NCBI GenBank assembly: GCA_035504395.1
Contig: DATJRX010000005.1
Span: 3,334-67,333 of the forward strand
Direction: 5' to 3'
DNA length: 64,000 nt
Origin: Thermoplasmata archaeon
GTDB taxonomy: Archaea > Thermoplasmatota > Thermoplasmata > Lutacidiplasmatales > UBA184
Of this stretch, positions 1-9,637 are shown piece after piece. A program made the translations under genes and the position numbers. Position 1 is the stretch's first letter, and each line of letters starts with the position of its first letter. A model generated the notes under the pieces. That model was not told the origin of the DNA, made no database searches, and worked only from the letters and a program-made list of their open reading frames with translations.

Positions 1-37
1 TTCGAGTGCCGGGCACGGCGATCCGGAAGTGACGCGG

Positions 38-1465
38 TTACGTCGAGATCAATTCGTAGCCGCCGAGGGTCGTGTTGTAGAACGTCTGATCCCAGGTGGG
101 GGGCGAATTCTCCAGGATCGGAGTCATGTACGCCGCCGAGAGGTCCTCGGCGACCGCGCCCACCGGTCGAATCTCGAGGTTCGTCAGCCACCCCGTCATC
201 TTGTACTTCGCAATGGCCGCGCTGAACTGAGGTTGCGCCTCGAACTGCGTCGAGGCCGCCACAAAGGCTGGGCCCGCGTAGGGGATCGCGTGCGTCCAGG
301 TCATCGAGAGGTTGAGATCGACGATCGTGAACACCACCGTGTGGCTGGGCTTCTTGTAGTCGATCGTGAGCTCGAGGACTGTCCCGGCTGGCGTGACCGT
401 ACCGGGCCCCGGCCAGTTGCCGGGCCAATAGTTCGCCTCGCAGTTGTCGGAGCCGTTGCCGTTCACGTACCACGGTGCGATGCGCCCGCCGGCATCCAGG
501 TCCACCCCCAACTGGAAGAACCCCGAGCAACCGTCGTCCCGCGCATTCGAGACGTTCATCGCGTTGATTTGCCAGCTGATGTCGTGCGACTTTGGAACGG
601 ACCAGCTGTCCAGCGTCATGGTCGCGGAGAACTCATCGTAGGTCGGGAGCAACCGCACGTTGGATCCGGAGCCCTCGCCGTAGAGCGTCATGTTGTTCAG
701 CCCCGGAAAGTAACCGGGGATGTAGTCGGTCGTGACCATCAGGTCGGAATAGTACACGGTTCCGCTTGTCGTCTCGACCTGAACGGAAGTGGAGTTGAGC
801 GCGTTGGCGTCGTACGCCACGAACGGCGGGGAACTGCTCCCGTCGACGGAGACGAGGAATCGGTTGGTCGTCGGATAATCCCAGCCCGCGGTAATGTAGA
901 CCCAGCCCGCCGGGTAGGCGCCGTGTGCCGGGACCACTCCGACGACGGTCAGGTTGCTCAGATTCCCTCCCGCCACGACCTTGCCGGATTTGACCCCGAT
1001 CACCAGTCCGAATTGATGACCCGGCACCCCCAGACCGAAGTATCCGGCGGAGTCTCCGGTCGCTCGGATCGCTGCCTCCAGCGACCAGCCGGCGTTCCCG
1101 CGGACGAACCCGCTCTTATCGAACTCGATCTGGGGTGTGGCCGATGTCGCGACCGATCGGAGGGCGGGCTCCCCGGAGTAATTGACACTGGTCTGGATCC
1201 TCGGGGTTGCGCCGCTGGCCTTCTGCCATCCGGCCAGCGACCCATTCTCGAAGTTCGCGACGAATGTGAAGGCGAGGTCCTTATCCAGCGCGGTTCCGGC
1301 AGGATCGGGCAGCGCTTTCCCGGACCCGGCTGGGGAGGTAGTCAGCGCCGTCGAGGCGGGGAACACCCCGAGCCCCAGCAGACCGACTACCGCCAAGGCG
1401 ACGATGGGCCGAAGGTTGCGTTCGAGGCGGGACCCGTGGGTCCCTGACTCCGAACGCGAGGACAC
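38..1465 (-). CDS. Secreted beta-sandwich protein; C-terminal half possibly peptidase G1/thermopsin-like
   Basis: Signal peptide (RPIVALAVVGLLGLGVFPASTA); Thr/Ser/Asn/aromatic-rich extracellular composition; TATA-like element at 1487-1494. Confidence 0.6.
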   Translation of the reverse strand: MSSRSESGTHGSRLERNLRPIVALAVVGLLGLGVFPASTALTTSPAGSGKALPDPAGTALDKDLAFTFVANFENGSLAGWQKASGATPRIQTSVNYSGEPALRSVATSATPQIEFDKSGFVRGNAGWSLEAAIRATGDSAGYFGLGVPGHQFGLVIGVKSGKVVAGGNLSNLTVVGVVPAHGAYPAGWVYITAGWDYPTTNRFLVSVDGSSSPPFVAYDANALNSTSVQVETTSGTVYYSDLMVTTDYIPGYFPGLNNMTLYGEGSGSNVRLLPTYDEFSATMTLDSWSVPKSHDISWQINAMNVSNARDDGCSGFFQLGVDLDAGGRIAPWYVNGNGSDNCEANYWPGNWPGPGTVTPAGTVLELTIDYKKPSHTVVFTIVDLNLSMTWTHAIPYAGPAFVAASTQFEAQPQFSAAIAKYKMTGWLTNLEIRPVGAVAEDLSAAYMTPILENSPPTWDQTFYNTTLGGYELIST

Positions 1466-1555
1466 GCCCTCGGAGCGCGATGCGGGATATTAAGCGGAGT
1501 CGACCGAGGGCACGAACCGGGTAGCGCCGTGGAGCTCCCCGTCGGCGATCCGTCG

Positions 1556-1571
1556 GTCAAGTGCCCTTGAC
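1556..1571. promoter_or_regulatory. Palindromic operator GTCAA-N6-TTGAC, copy 1 (GTCAAGTGCCCTTGAC)
   Basis: 6-bp arms; intergenic between divergent genes; same motif at 16404 and 17678. Confidence 0.7.
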
Positions 1572-1662
1572 TTCACGGCCTTGTATGCGCGGGTCGTTCC
1601 CAAGAGCGGCGTGCCGAGACGGCTCGCCGGTCAACGCTGTGCTGAGGACGGTGGAGCGGAAT

Positions 1663-1797
1663 ATGAGCTTCAAGTGCCCGTGGGGATGCGCGGAGGGCGT
1701 CGAGCATGAGGTGGCCTGGGAGTGTCCCAAGTACTCCCAGAAATTTCTCGGAGCGCTTCAGTCGGTAGCACAGAAGTTGGAGAAGAGCAAGGACTGA
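1663..1797 (+). CDS. 44-aa Cys/His microprotein, putative metal-binding
   Basis: MSFKCPWGCAEGVEHEVAWECPKYSQKF...; GGAG SD about 7 nt before ATG; host-like codons. Confidence 0.65.
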   Translation: MSFKCPWGCAEGVEHEVAWECPKYSQKFLGALQSVAQKLEKSKD

Positions 1798-1931
1798 ATC
1801 CCGCGGCCCTGCGCTCCCACCGGAGTGCGGCCCATCTGTCCGAAGGCGCCCACGGCGCCAGGTGCTCCGGACGCCCACAGATAGGTCAATCGGAGCGTGT
1901 GACTCCGCGCCCCACCCGAGCGGGCCGATGA

Positions 1932-2993
1932 TCACGCCGGTGGGGGATCGTCCATCTGAAGGAGCTGCTTCCCGAAGCCGGCGCCGGAGTAGAGCCGCGC
2001 CAGCCCGCTTGGGGCGCTCCTAAGTCCCTGCAGCAGATCCTCCTTGGCCTTCAGTCGCCCCGATTGGAGGAGCGGGAGCATGGCCGTGACGGCCTCGTCG
2101 ATCCGGGGGATGTAATCGCGGCCGAGAAGGCCTTCCATCCGACCGTTCACCATGATCAGATTGTAGTAGTTCGGCGGACCCGGCGTGTCGCCCGTGACCG
2201 CGTAGAGCGACGTGATCCCACACAGGACCACCCGCCCGCCCTGGCGGAGTCGTTGCAAGGCCAGGTCCAGGGTAGGTCCGCCCACGTTGTCGAAGTAGAT
2301 GTCGATCCCATCGGGGCAGAGCTCGGTCAGTCGCTTCCCGACGTCCTCCTTTCGGTAGTCGATCGACGCGTCGATGCCGGCCTCCCGCACCAGCCAGTCG
2401 CACTTGGCCGAACTTCCCGCGATGCCGATCACGCGCAGACCGTGGATCTTGGCCACCTGAGCGGCGATCGTGCCGACCCCGCCCGCGGCCCCCGAGATCA
2501 CGAACGTCTCCCCCGGCTTGGGCCGTGCGACCTCGTGGACGCCGAAGTACGCCACGAGGCCCGTGATTCCCAACGCGCCGACCGCCCAGTTCGGGGACAC
2601 GCCGTCGGGAACCCGGTACGTCGGGATGAACCCGCTTCCGTCGGAGACCGAGTAGTCCTCCCAGCCCATGCTGCCATGGACGATGTCGCCCGCCCGGAAT
2701 TTCGGGTGCCGGGACTCGAGTACCTTGGAGACGGCCAGGCCCGTCATCGGCTGGCCGATCGGGATCGCTCCGCCCGCCTCGTCCTGAGGAATGCCCCGTC
2801 CCAACAGGAAGAGCTGGGTGGGGTCGAACGAATACCACAGGTTCCGAGCGAGGAATTGGCCCTCGCCCGGAGACGGGATCGAGCTCTCGGCCCATCGGAA
2901 GCAGTCCTCCGTGATCGCTCCGTTCGACCGCTTGGCGACAAGCCATTGGCGATTGATTCCCGCGGGCATCGGCCCCTTCCCGATCGGCCCCAC
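1932..2993 (-). CDS. NADP-dependent oxidoreductase (MDR family, prostaglandin reductase/CurA-like)
   Basis: GETFVISGAAGGVG, GIDIYFDNVGG, GGRVVLCG and C-terminal GKQLL motifs. Confidence 0.92.
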   Translation of the reverse strand: MGPIGKGPMPAGINRQWLVAKRSNGAITEDCFRWAESSIPSPGEGQFLARNLWYSFDPTQLFLLGRGIPQDEAGGAIPIGQPMTGLAVSKVLESRHPKFRAGDIVHGSMGWEDYSVSDGSGFIPTYRVPDGVSPNWAVGALGITGLVAYFGVHEVARPKPGETFVISGAAGGVGTIAAQVAKIHGLRVIGIAGSSAKCDWLVREAGIDASIDYRKEDVGKRLTELCPDGIDIYFDNVGGPTLDLALQRLRQGGRVVLCGITSLYAVTGDTPGPPNYYNLIMVNGRMEGLLGRDYIPRIDEAVTAMLPLLQSGRLKAKEDLLQGLRSAPSGLARLYSGAGFGKQLLQMDDPPPA

Positions 2994-3025
2994 GGCCGAC
3001 CGTCTCTCGCGATCGCTGGGCTCGG

Positions 3026-3067
3026 CATATACCTACCAAGGTCGAAATCGGTCGAGACTCGACCGAT
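3026..3067 (-). promoter_or_regulatory. TATA-like box and perfect inverted repeat ATCGGTCGAG-A-CTCGACCGAT upstream of the oxidoreductase
   Basis: Minus-strand GGTATATG at 3026-3033; 10-bp arms at 3047-3056 and 3058-3067. Confidence 0.5.
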
Positions 3068-3133
3068 CGATCAAGATCTGCCGCCTCCGAGAGGAGGTTG
3101 CAATCCGCGTTGCGCCCCCGGCTCCGACCCGGC

Positions 3134-5575
3134 TCACGACGAAGGTGCGCGCCGCGTCACCTCGAGCCCGGCCCGCCGCGCCGCGTCGAGCACGTTCTCG
3201 AACGCGGCGAGCATCCCGAGGCCCTTCTTCGCGCCCTCTTCGCCCTCCCGGATCGGATGATCGGCCACCCACTGGCGAATCTCGGCGGGGCGATCGAGCC
3301 CCGCCACCGGGAGGCTGTACTGGAGGACGAGCGCCATCGTCCCGCCCCCGGTCGCGAGCGAGCTCACGCGGGACTCGAGGTTGCCGGAGAGGAACGCCCA
3401 CAGCGCGTCGCCGCTGGTGGGGTTGAGCCACGTCGCTGCGTAGGCGAGTGCGATCCACGAACTCACCTGCATCTCGCCGGAACCGAGCCGGTTGAGGCAC
3501 TCGAGCAGCCATTCCGTCCGAGAGAGCATGCCGAGGCCGGTCGCGATCATCCGGCCTTCGTGGCCCGGCGGGGCTTCCCGCATCTGGCGGATCAGTCCGG
3601 AATACTCCACCCCGCTCGCCGTCGCGGCGTAGGCCATGTAGATCGCCTGCCGGACCTCGGGGGCCGCCGATCCGATCGCCTCGAATCGATGCCGCATCTC
3701 CAGGCGATAGAGCGGGTCTAGGGCGACCCGGGCTCGGGTCACCATGTCGCGCGCCGTCGTGGTCGCGGGCGACTCTCCGGGGGAGGCCGCCGGTCCGAGT
3801 CGCTCTCCCTGGCTTGTGAACACCCGTCGGAACGCCTCCTCCCACGCGGGGATCCGGTACACGAGCGGCCGGACCCAGGTCAACGCGTCGTACGCCTGTG
3901 AGACGAGCGAGGGATTCGTCTCTGTTTCGCCACGGCGGAGCAGGTCGAGGTACTCAGGGAAGTCCATCTCGCCGGCGAGGAGGAACGCGAGCCCGTCGTC
4001 CTGCAGACCGAGCCGGTCCAGCGGGGCGAGCGCACGATATCGAGCCAGGATCCGCTGTCGTACCGGGCCTTTGTATCGCACGCGAAAGAACCCGGTCCGT
4101 CCCGGCGCTACCAGAACGTCGGCGTCCCGCGAAATCGGGATCTCGGCCGTCGGTTCGTGCATCAGCCGCTCGACGCGGGTGCCGTCGACCTGCACCGTGA
4201 GCGGGATCGGCCACGGTGGATCGTTCGGAGACCCGACCAGCGAGAATCGCCGCTGGTTCAGCACCAGGTTGAGGTCTCGCTGCTCGACGGTGACGACCGG
4301 GTAGCCGGGCCGAAGGATCCACTCCGGCATGACTCGGTCCACCGGTTGACGCGAGGTCCGGGCGACCGCTCCCCAGAGGTCCGTGGCCTCCGCGTTTCCC
4401 CACGCATGCTCGCGCAGGTAGAGGGCAACCCCGTCTCGGAACGCGGCCTCGCCGACGAACCCTTCGAGCATTCGGAGCACCGACGAACCCTTCGCATAGC
4501 TGACGTCGTCGAAGAACTCCGCCGCGCGGGCGGGGTCCGTGACCGAGACTTGGATCGGATGGGTCCCGGGGAGGGAGTCGACCATAAGTCCGGTGCCGGT
4601 CTCGTAGTAGCAGAACTCGGACCAACTGTCCCAGTCGGGATGGAGCGCATCGCGCGCCTTGTACCCGGCGAAGGTCGCGAAGCTTTCGTTGAGCCAAAGG
4701 TCGTCCCACGTTCGCATGGTGACGAGGTTGCCGAACCACTGATGCGCCACCTCATGCGCCGCGATGTTCACGACGACCATCCGGGTCATGACCGAGGTGT
4801 TCTCGTCGACCAGGACGAACGGCTCGGCGAACACGATGGCGCCCCAGTTTTCCATCGCGCCCGAGAGGAATTTCGGCATCCCGACCAGATGCATCTTGGG
4901 AAGAGGGTACGGGATCCCGTAGTAGTCCCCGAAGAACCGGATCGCGCGGGCCGCGGCGTCCGCCACGAATCCCGTCCGCGCCGCCGCACCTCGGGCCGTC
5001 GCGCAGATCGTGCGGATCCCTTCGATCTCGCGCTCCGCTTGCTCGAACGGTCCGATGCCGAGGTAGAACAGGTACGTCGACATCGGGGGCGTGGGATCGA
5101 ACCGGGTCCATCCGCGCCCGTCCGGGGCGCGGTCCTTGGTCCGCGCGGGCGCGTTCGAGATCACCGTGAACTCGTCCGGCGCGACGACCTCGAGTTCGAA
5201 CACCGCCTTGGCGTCGGGTCGATCAAAGCACGGAAAGACCCGCCGCGCCCGGGCGGGTTCCAGGTGGGTGGTCACGGCGACTCCGTCTCCCAACGGGCTC
5301 TGATAGATGCCGATCGGAGCCTCCCGATCGACGGTCGATTCGAAATCGATGGTCAGCCCGGTCGCCGGAGCATCACGGACGATGAGCCGCCCCGGGTCGT
5401 TCTCGACCGTGAACGGCAGCCCTCGTCCGTCGGCTGCCACCGAGAGGACGGTCAGGGCCTCGAGATCGAACGTCACTTCCGGAGTCGGCGGAAGGCCTGT
5501 GACCCGAACACGTCCGCGGTAGACGGATTCGAGATCTGGGAAGTCCAAGTGGAGCTCGTAGCGGAGACCGACCAC
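3134..5575 (-). CDS. M1 family zinc aminopeptidase (tricorn-interacting factor F2/F3-like)
   Basis: GAMENWG, HEVAHQW-x18-E (LWLNESFA), YAKG; start uncertain (5575 or 5629). Confidence 0.95.
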   Translation of the reverse strand: MVGLRYELHLDFPDLESVYRGRVRVTGLPPTPEVTFDLEALTVLSVAADGRGLPFTVENDPGRLIVRDAPATGLTIDFESTVDREAPIGIYQSPLGDGVAVTTHLEPARARRVFPCFDRPDAKAVFELEVVAPDEFTVISNAPARTKDRAPDGRGWTRFDPTPPMSTYLFYLGIGPFEQAEREIEGIRTICATARGAAARTGFVADAAARAIRFFGDYYGIPYPLPKMHLVGMPKFLSGAMENWGAIVFAEPFVLVDENTSVMTRMVVVNIAAHEVAHQWFGNLVTMRTWDDLWLNESFATFAGYKARDALHPDWDSWSEFCYYETGTGLMVDSLPGTHPIQVSVTDPARAAEFFDDVSYAKGSSVLRMLEGFVGEAAFRDGVALYLREHAWGNAEATDLWGAVARTSRQPVDRVMPEWILRPGYPVVTVEQRDLNLVLNQRRFSLVGSPNDPPWPIPLTVQVDGTRVERLMHEPTAEIPISRDADVLVAPGRTGFFRVRYKGPVRQRILARYRALAPLDRLGLQDDGLAFLLAGEMDFPEYLDLLRRGETETNPSLVSQAYDALTWVRPLVYRIPAWEEAFRRVFTSQGERLGPAASPGESPATTTARDMVTRARVALDPLYRLEMRHRFEAIGSAAPEVRQAIYMAYAATASGVEYSGLIRQMREAPPGHEGRMIATGLGMLSRTEWLLECLNRLGSGEMQVSSWIALAYAATWLNPTSGDALWAFLSGNLESRVSSLATGGGTMALVLQYSLPVAGLDRPAEIRQWVADHPIREGEEGAKKGLGMLAAFENVLDAARRAGLEVTRRAPSS

Positions 5576-5778
5576 GGGCCCGGCAACGACGTACGGTGGA
5601 TAACGGATGGCCGAGACCGGCCGGCCCATTCCACCTACGCACGCATGCGCGCCTCGCGCGGCGGCGACACCCGACGCCGGTTCCCTCGGCGGATGCCTTC
5701 TCGGGCTTCGTCGCCGGACCGAGGCCGCGCCCGACGGAGCGCTTAGGTACCAGCGGCGGGCTCCCGCGGTCCGGATCG

Positions 5779-6687
5779 ATGTCAACGTCCGGGGCGAGGG
5801 AGCGCGCGGATCGGGCGAAGACCTCGATTCTCGAGTCGTGGGACCAGCTCGCGGAAGACTGGGACCGCTGGACGCCGGTCGTCAACCGTTGGTTTGCGCC
5901 GGCGTCTCGCCACTTGATCTCCTCCCTCGGGTTGCGGCCCGGGGAACGGGTCGTGGAGTTCGCGGCGGGATCCGGGGGATTCACCCCCGATCTCTCCCGG
6001 GCGGTCGGGCCGTCCGGTCATGTCCTCGCGACGGATGGCGCGCCCGGGATGGCACGGTTGGCCGCGCGAAACGCGCGCCGCGACCGGCTAGAGAACGTCG
6101 AGGTCGTTCCCATCGACGGAGAGCGACCCGACCTTCCCCAGGACTCCTTCGACGCCGTGACGTGCCGTCAGGGGCTGATGTTCTTTCCCCGACCGGCGGA
6201 GACCCTGCGCGCCTGGCGCGATCTACTGAGACCCGGGGGGCGGATCGCCTTCAGCGCGTTCTCCGCGCCGGCGCGCAATGCCTTCCTGGTGCGGCCCGCC
6301 GAAGTGCTGTCTCGCTGGGCCCACCCGGAGGGTGGCCCGCCGGAGCCGCCCGATGCGCCGGGCCCTTTCCGGCTCTCGCGCCCCGGAGAGGCCGCGTCGC
6401 TGCTCGCTGGCGCCGGTCTCGTGGACGTTCGTGTGATCTCGGTCGATTGCCCGCTGGAGCTCCCCGACCTCGGGACCCTGGTTTCGTTCTATCACATGAT
6501 CCTCGGAGGGATCGTCGAGGACCTCTCTCCCGACGAATCCCGCCGAGCGTGGGACGAGGTCGCCGAGCGCTGCGCTGGGTTCGTGACGCCCGAGGGCGTT
6601 CGGGCGCCCTGCGAACTCGTAGTCGCGGCCGGACGCCGAGGCCCGTCGGGCCGATCTCCGGTCCCCTCCCGAGCGGGTCTCAACTGA
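5779..6687 (+). CDS. Class I SAM-dependent methyltransferase (UbiE-like)
   Basis: VVEFAAGSG motif I, FDAVTCRQGLMF, LRPGGRI. Confidence 0.88.
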   Translation: MSTSGARERADRAKTSILESWDQLAEDWDRWTPVVNRWFAPASRHLISSLGLRPGERVVEFAAGSGGFTPDLSRAVGPSGHVLATDGAPGMARLAARNARRDRLENVEVVPIDGERPDLPQDSFDAVTCRQGLMFFPRPAETLRAWRDLLRPGGRIAFSAFSAPARNAFLVRPAEVLSRWAHPEGGPPEPPDAPGPFRLSRPGEAASLLAGAGLVDVRVISVDCPLELPDLGTLVSFYHMILGGIVEDLSPDESRRAWDEVAERCAGFVTPEGVRAPCELVVAAGRRGPSGRSPVPSRAGLN

Positions 6688-6906
6688 GCGGGGTCTGCCG
6701 GGCGTACGGCGGGGTCGGCCGACTGCCGACCGGGCGCCATCGCACCGCCAACCCCGCCCACCAGCGCGAAGAACATGGGCCGGAGGAGCAGCGGGACGGC
6801 GACCAGAATGGCGACCGGGACTTCGGTGAGGCGGATCACGTACCCGAAGATCGCCGCGATCGGACCCCCACAAGGCCTAACCGAGCGCGCGGCCGTGCGT
6901 CCCGCG

Positions 6907-7197
6907 ATGATCGTTCACGTCGTGCTGATGCAATGGAAGGATCGGGTCGGCCCCTTGGAGATCGAGCGGGCGAAGGCCGCCTACCTCGGATTGGCTTCGA
7001 AAGTACCCGGTATCACGAGCGCATACTGGGGGCGGTCCACCGAGCGGCGGGGAGCGAAGTTCCAGGGAATGGCGATGTTGGTGGCGGAGAGTCGGGCCGC
7101 GCTCGATGCGTACAACGCGCACCCCGACCACGCGGCGCTCGCGAAGATGGTCGACGCGATGGTGAGGAAGTTCGTCGACGCCGACATGGAGACGTAG
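6907..7197 (+). CDS. Dabb family stress-responsive A/B barrel protein
   Basis: MIVHVVLMQWK...VPGI...ALDAYNAHPDH pattern. Confidence 0.85.
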   Translation: MIVHVVLMQWKDRVGPLEIERAKAAYLGLASKVPGITSAYWGRSTERRGAKFQGMAMLVAESRAALDAYNAHPDHAALAKMVDAMVRKFVDADMET

Positions 7198-7432
7198 GCG
7201 GACACGATCCAGTCCCTGGCTGCCGATCCCGGGCGGGCCAGCGGGGTCCCGCTACGGATCACTCCGCGGCGTCCATTGGATGCGCCCATCCGAACGTTGG
7301 GCAGGATCTCGAGTGCCGCGCCCGCCCGATGCGAAGGTGGTCCCTCGCATGGGGGCCGCCGACTCCCCGGCGGCTCTGCCCCATCGATGTGACGGTCCGT
7401 GCGGACGAAGGGAGGATTCCGGGACGGCGGGG

Positions 7433-8182
7433 CTACGCCCGAAGGAAGTCGTGGGCTCCTTGGATGAGAAATCTCAGGTCGGCTGCGAGCGAGATGAACC
7501 GGAAGCCCATCTCGACGGCCGTCTTCTTTTCCTCGGGGTTCACGACCAACGTGCCCGGGACCTTCCCGTGTCGCTCGCACGCGGTCACGACCTGTCGCAT
7601 GGCCTCGCGCACGCGGGGATCGCCCCGGGCGTCGACGAGCCCGAGGCTCAGCGTCAGATCCTGCGGACCCACGAAGAGCAGATCGACCCCGTCGACTCCG
7701 GCGATCGCTTCGAGATTCTCGAGCGCCTGACGGGTCTCGATCTGCACCCCGACCAGGGTCTCCTCGTTCGCGCGTCGAAGATACGGGCCGAGCTGGTTCC
7801 CGTAGCGCGAGGCCGCCGCGGCCGCCGCGCCTCGCACCCCCTGCGGCGGGTACTTGGCGAACGAGACCGCACTGCGCGCCTGCGCCTCGGAGTTGACGAG
7901 CGGCGCCAGGATGCCGTGGGCCCCGGCGTCCAGCGCCTGCTTGATCAGGTACTGGTCCACGTCGCCGACCCGGACGAGCGGGGTCGGCCCGCCGCGACTT
8001 AGGATCGCGACCATCGCTGCGAGGGTCTCGGAGTTCACCGGCGAGTGCTCCGTGTCGATCATGAACCAATCGAATCCCAGGTCCCGAAGGGCGTCGACGG
8101 CGACGACCGACGCCGAGGAGATCCACGTCCCGAACGATCGGACCGACGCGTCGTGCAGCCGGACCTTCAGGGAGGTCTCCAT
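7433..8182 (-). CDS. HpcH/HpaI aldolase family protein
   Basis: GFDWFMIDTEHSP, ALDAGAHGI, VQIET, FVGPQDL. Confidence 0.92.
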   Translation of the reverse strand: METSLKVRLHDASVRSFGTWISSASVVAVDALRDLGFDWFMIDTEHSPVNSETLAAMVAILSRGGPTPLVRVGDVDQYLIKQALDAGAHGILAPLVNSEAQARSAVSFAKYPPQGVRGAAAAAASRYGNQLGPYLRRANEETLVGVQIETRQALENLEAIAGVDGVDLLFVGPQDLTLSLGLVDARGDPRVREAMRQVVTACERHGKVPGTLVVNPEEKKTAVEMGFRFISLAADLRFLIQGAHDFLRA

Positions 8183-8307
8183 CGACTCCGCGCCTGCCCG
8201 GAGCGGCGAGGGAGGATAAGCGTTCGAGGCCCCTCTGCTTCCCACGGGCGTTCTGCCGCGTGCGATGCGCCGGCGTGAGCTCGGGCCGGGAGCCCCCCAC
8301 GCCACGC

Positions 8308-9435
8308 TCAGCGCTGAAATCGATCCGGCGCAAATGGGGTCAGGTCGAATCCGGGCGCCTCGTGCTGTGCCAGACGCGCGACGATCTCTCCGATCACGCT
8401 CGTGAACTTGAATCCGTGGCCAGAACAGGCGCTCACGACGATCACGTTCGGGTGCCGCGGGTGCACTCCGATCACGAAGTCCCGGTCGGGCGTGTTCGTG
8501 TAGAGGCACGCGACGTGCGCGATCTCGTGAGGCTCGACCCCACGCAGTCGCTGTTCCACGAACGCACGGATCGGCGCCCCGTCCGATTCCCGGTACTCCC
8601 GATCGGCCTCCTCGGGAGACGCCGCGACCTTGCCGTTCCAGGCGCCGACCTTGACCCCGTCGCCGAAGTCCGGCACCCCGTACGTCCGCGCTTCCTCGCC
8701 CCGGTCCCACACGAACACCGGCATCCGATGCGGGCCGACCAGAGCGGCGTTGCGCGCGCGGAACCAGAGCATGAACTGCCGCTCGATCTCGAGCGGCAGC
8801 GCCAGGCCGCCGTCGAATCGCGAGGTCCAGGCGCCCACGGTCAGCACGAGCGTCCTCGCCCGAAGCTCCGCGGACTCGGTGCGCACGGTGACCCCGCTCG
8901 CGTCGGCCGACCACTCCTTGACGCGGGTCCCGTATCGGAGCTCTGCCCCGGCCTCCACCGCACCGGACGCGTGCGCGCGGACGCAGGTCTCCGGGAAGAG
9001 CGCCCCCGCGTTCGGGTCGAACACCGCCATTTCGTCCGGAGCGAGCGCGAACTGGGGGAACCGCCGCTCGACCTGCCAGGGGTCGAGCACCTCGTGGGGA
9101 AGGCGACACTCGATCGCGGTCCGCAAGGACTCCGACGCGAACGAGTTCGTCCGACGGCCGATGACGAGACCCCCGGTGGGACGCAGGACCGACTCGCCGG
9201 AGTCGAGCTCAAGCTGGCGCCAGAGTTCTTGGGCGCGCAGGCACAGCGGGACGTACCGGGCGCCCTCCATGTACGCGGTCCGGTAGATGCGGGTCCTCCC
9301 ATGGGACGACCCATGCCCGTGGACGGGCCCGAACTGCTCGAGGCCCAGTACCCGGCCCCCGCTACGGGCAACGTGGTACGCGGCCGCCGAGCCCGCCCCG
9401 CCGAGCCCCACGACGACGCATTCGATCTCGGTCAA
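8308..9435 (-). CDS. solA: N-methyl-L-tryptophan oxidase / monomeric sarcosine oxidase
   Basis: VVGLGGAGS FAD motif, GSSHGRTRI, CLYTNTPD, CSGHGFKF. Confidence 0.88.
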   Translation of the reverse strand: MTEIECVVVGLGGAGSAAAYHVARSGGRVLGLEQFGPVHGHGSSHGRTRIYRTAYMEGARYVPLCLRAQELWRQLELDSGESVLRPTGGLVIGRRTNSFASESLRTAIECRLPHEVLDPWQVERRFPQFALAPDEMAVFDPNAGALFPETCVRAHASGAVEAGAELRYGTRVKEWSADASGVTVRTESAELRARTLVLTVGAWTSRFDGGLALPLEIERQFMLWFRARNAALVGPHRMPVFVWDRGEEARTYGVPDFGDGVKVGAWNGKVAASPEEADREYRESDGAPIRAFVEQRLRGVEPHEIAHVACLYTNTPDRDFVIGVHPRHPNVIVVSACSGHGFKFTSVIGEIVARLAQHEAPGFDLTPFAPDRFQR

Positions 9436-9637
9436 CGATCCTTCCGCGGGCGCCCCATCCCGGCGCAGGTCAAAGGGCCACCGCCGCGGGGGGGTCCATC
9501 CGAATCCGAAGGGATCCCAGGGCAGGTCGCCGTGCTACGGCGCGGGGACCCTTCCGCGGCCCCGGGTCGGCCCCGCCCCCGCTCGAGTCGACCGGGCGGT
9601 TCCGGTCGGGAGCGGCCCGGATCCTCCGGACCCAAGC

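Noticed and set aside
6684..6870. Hydrophobic minus-strand stretch (PIAAIFGYVIRLTEVPVAILVAVPLLL...)
   Set aside because: No clear start, and it runs into the methyltransferase gene; possibly a remnant but unsupported
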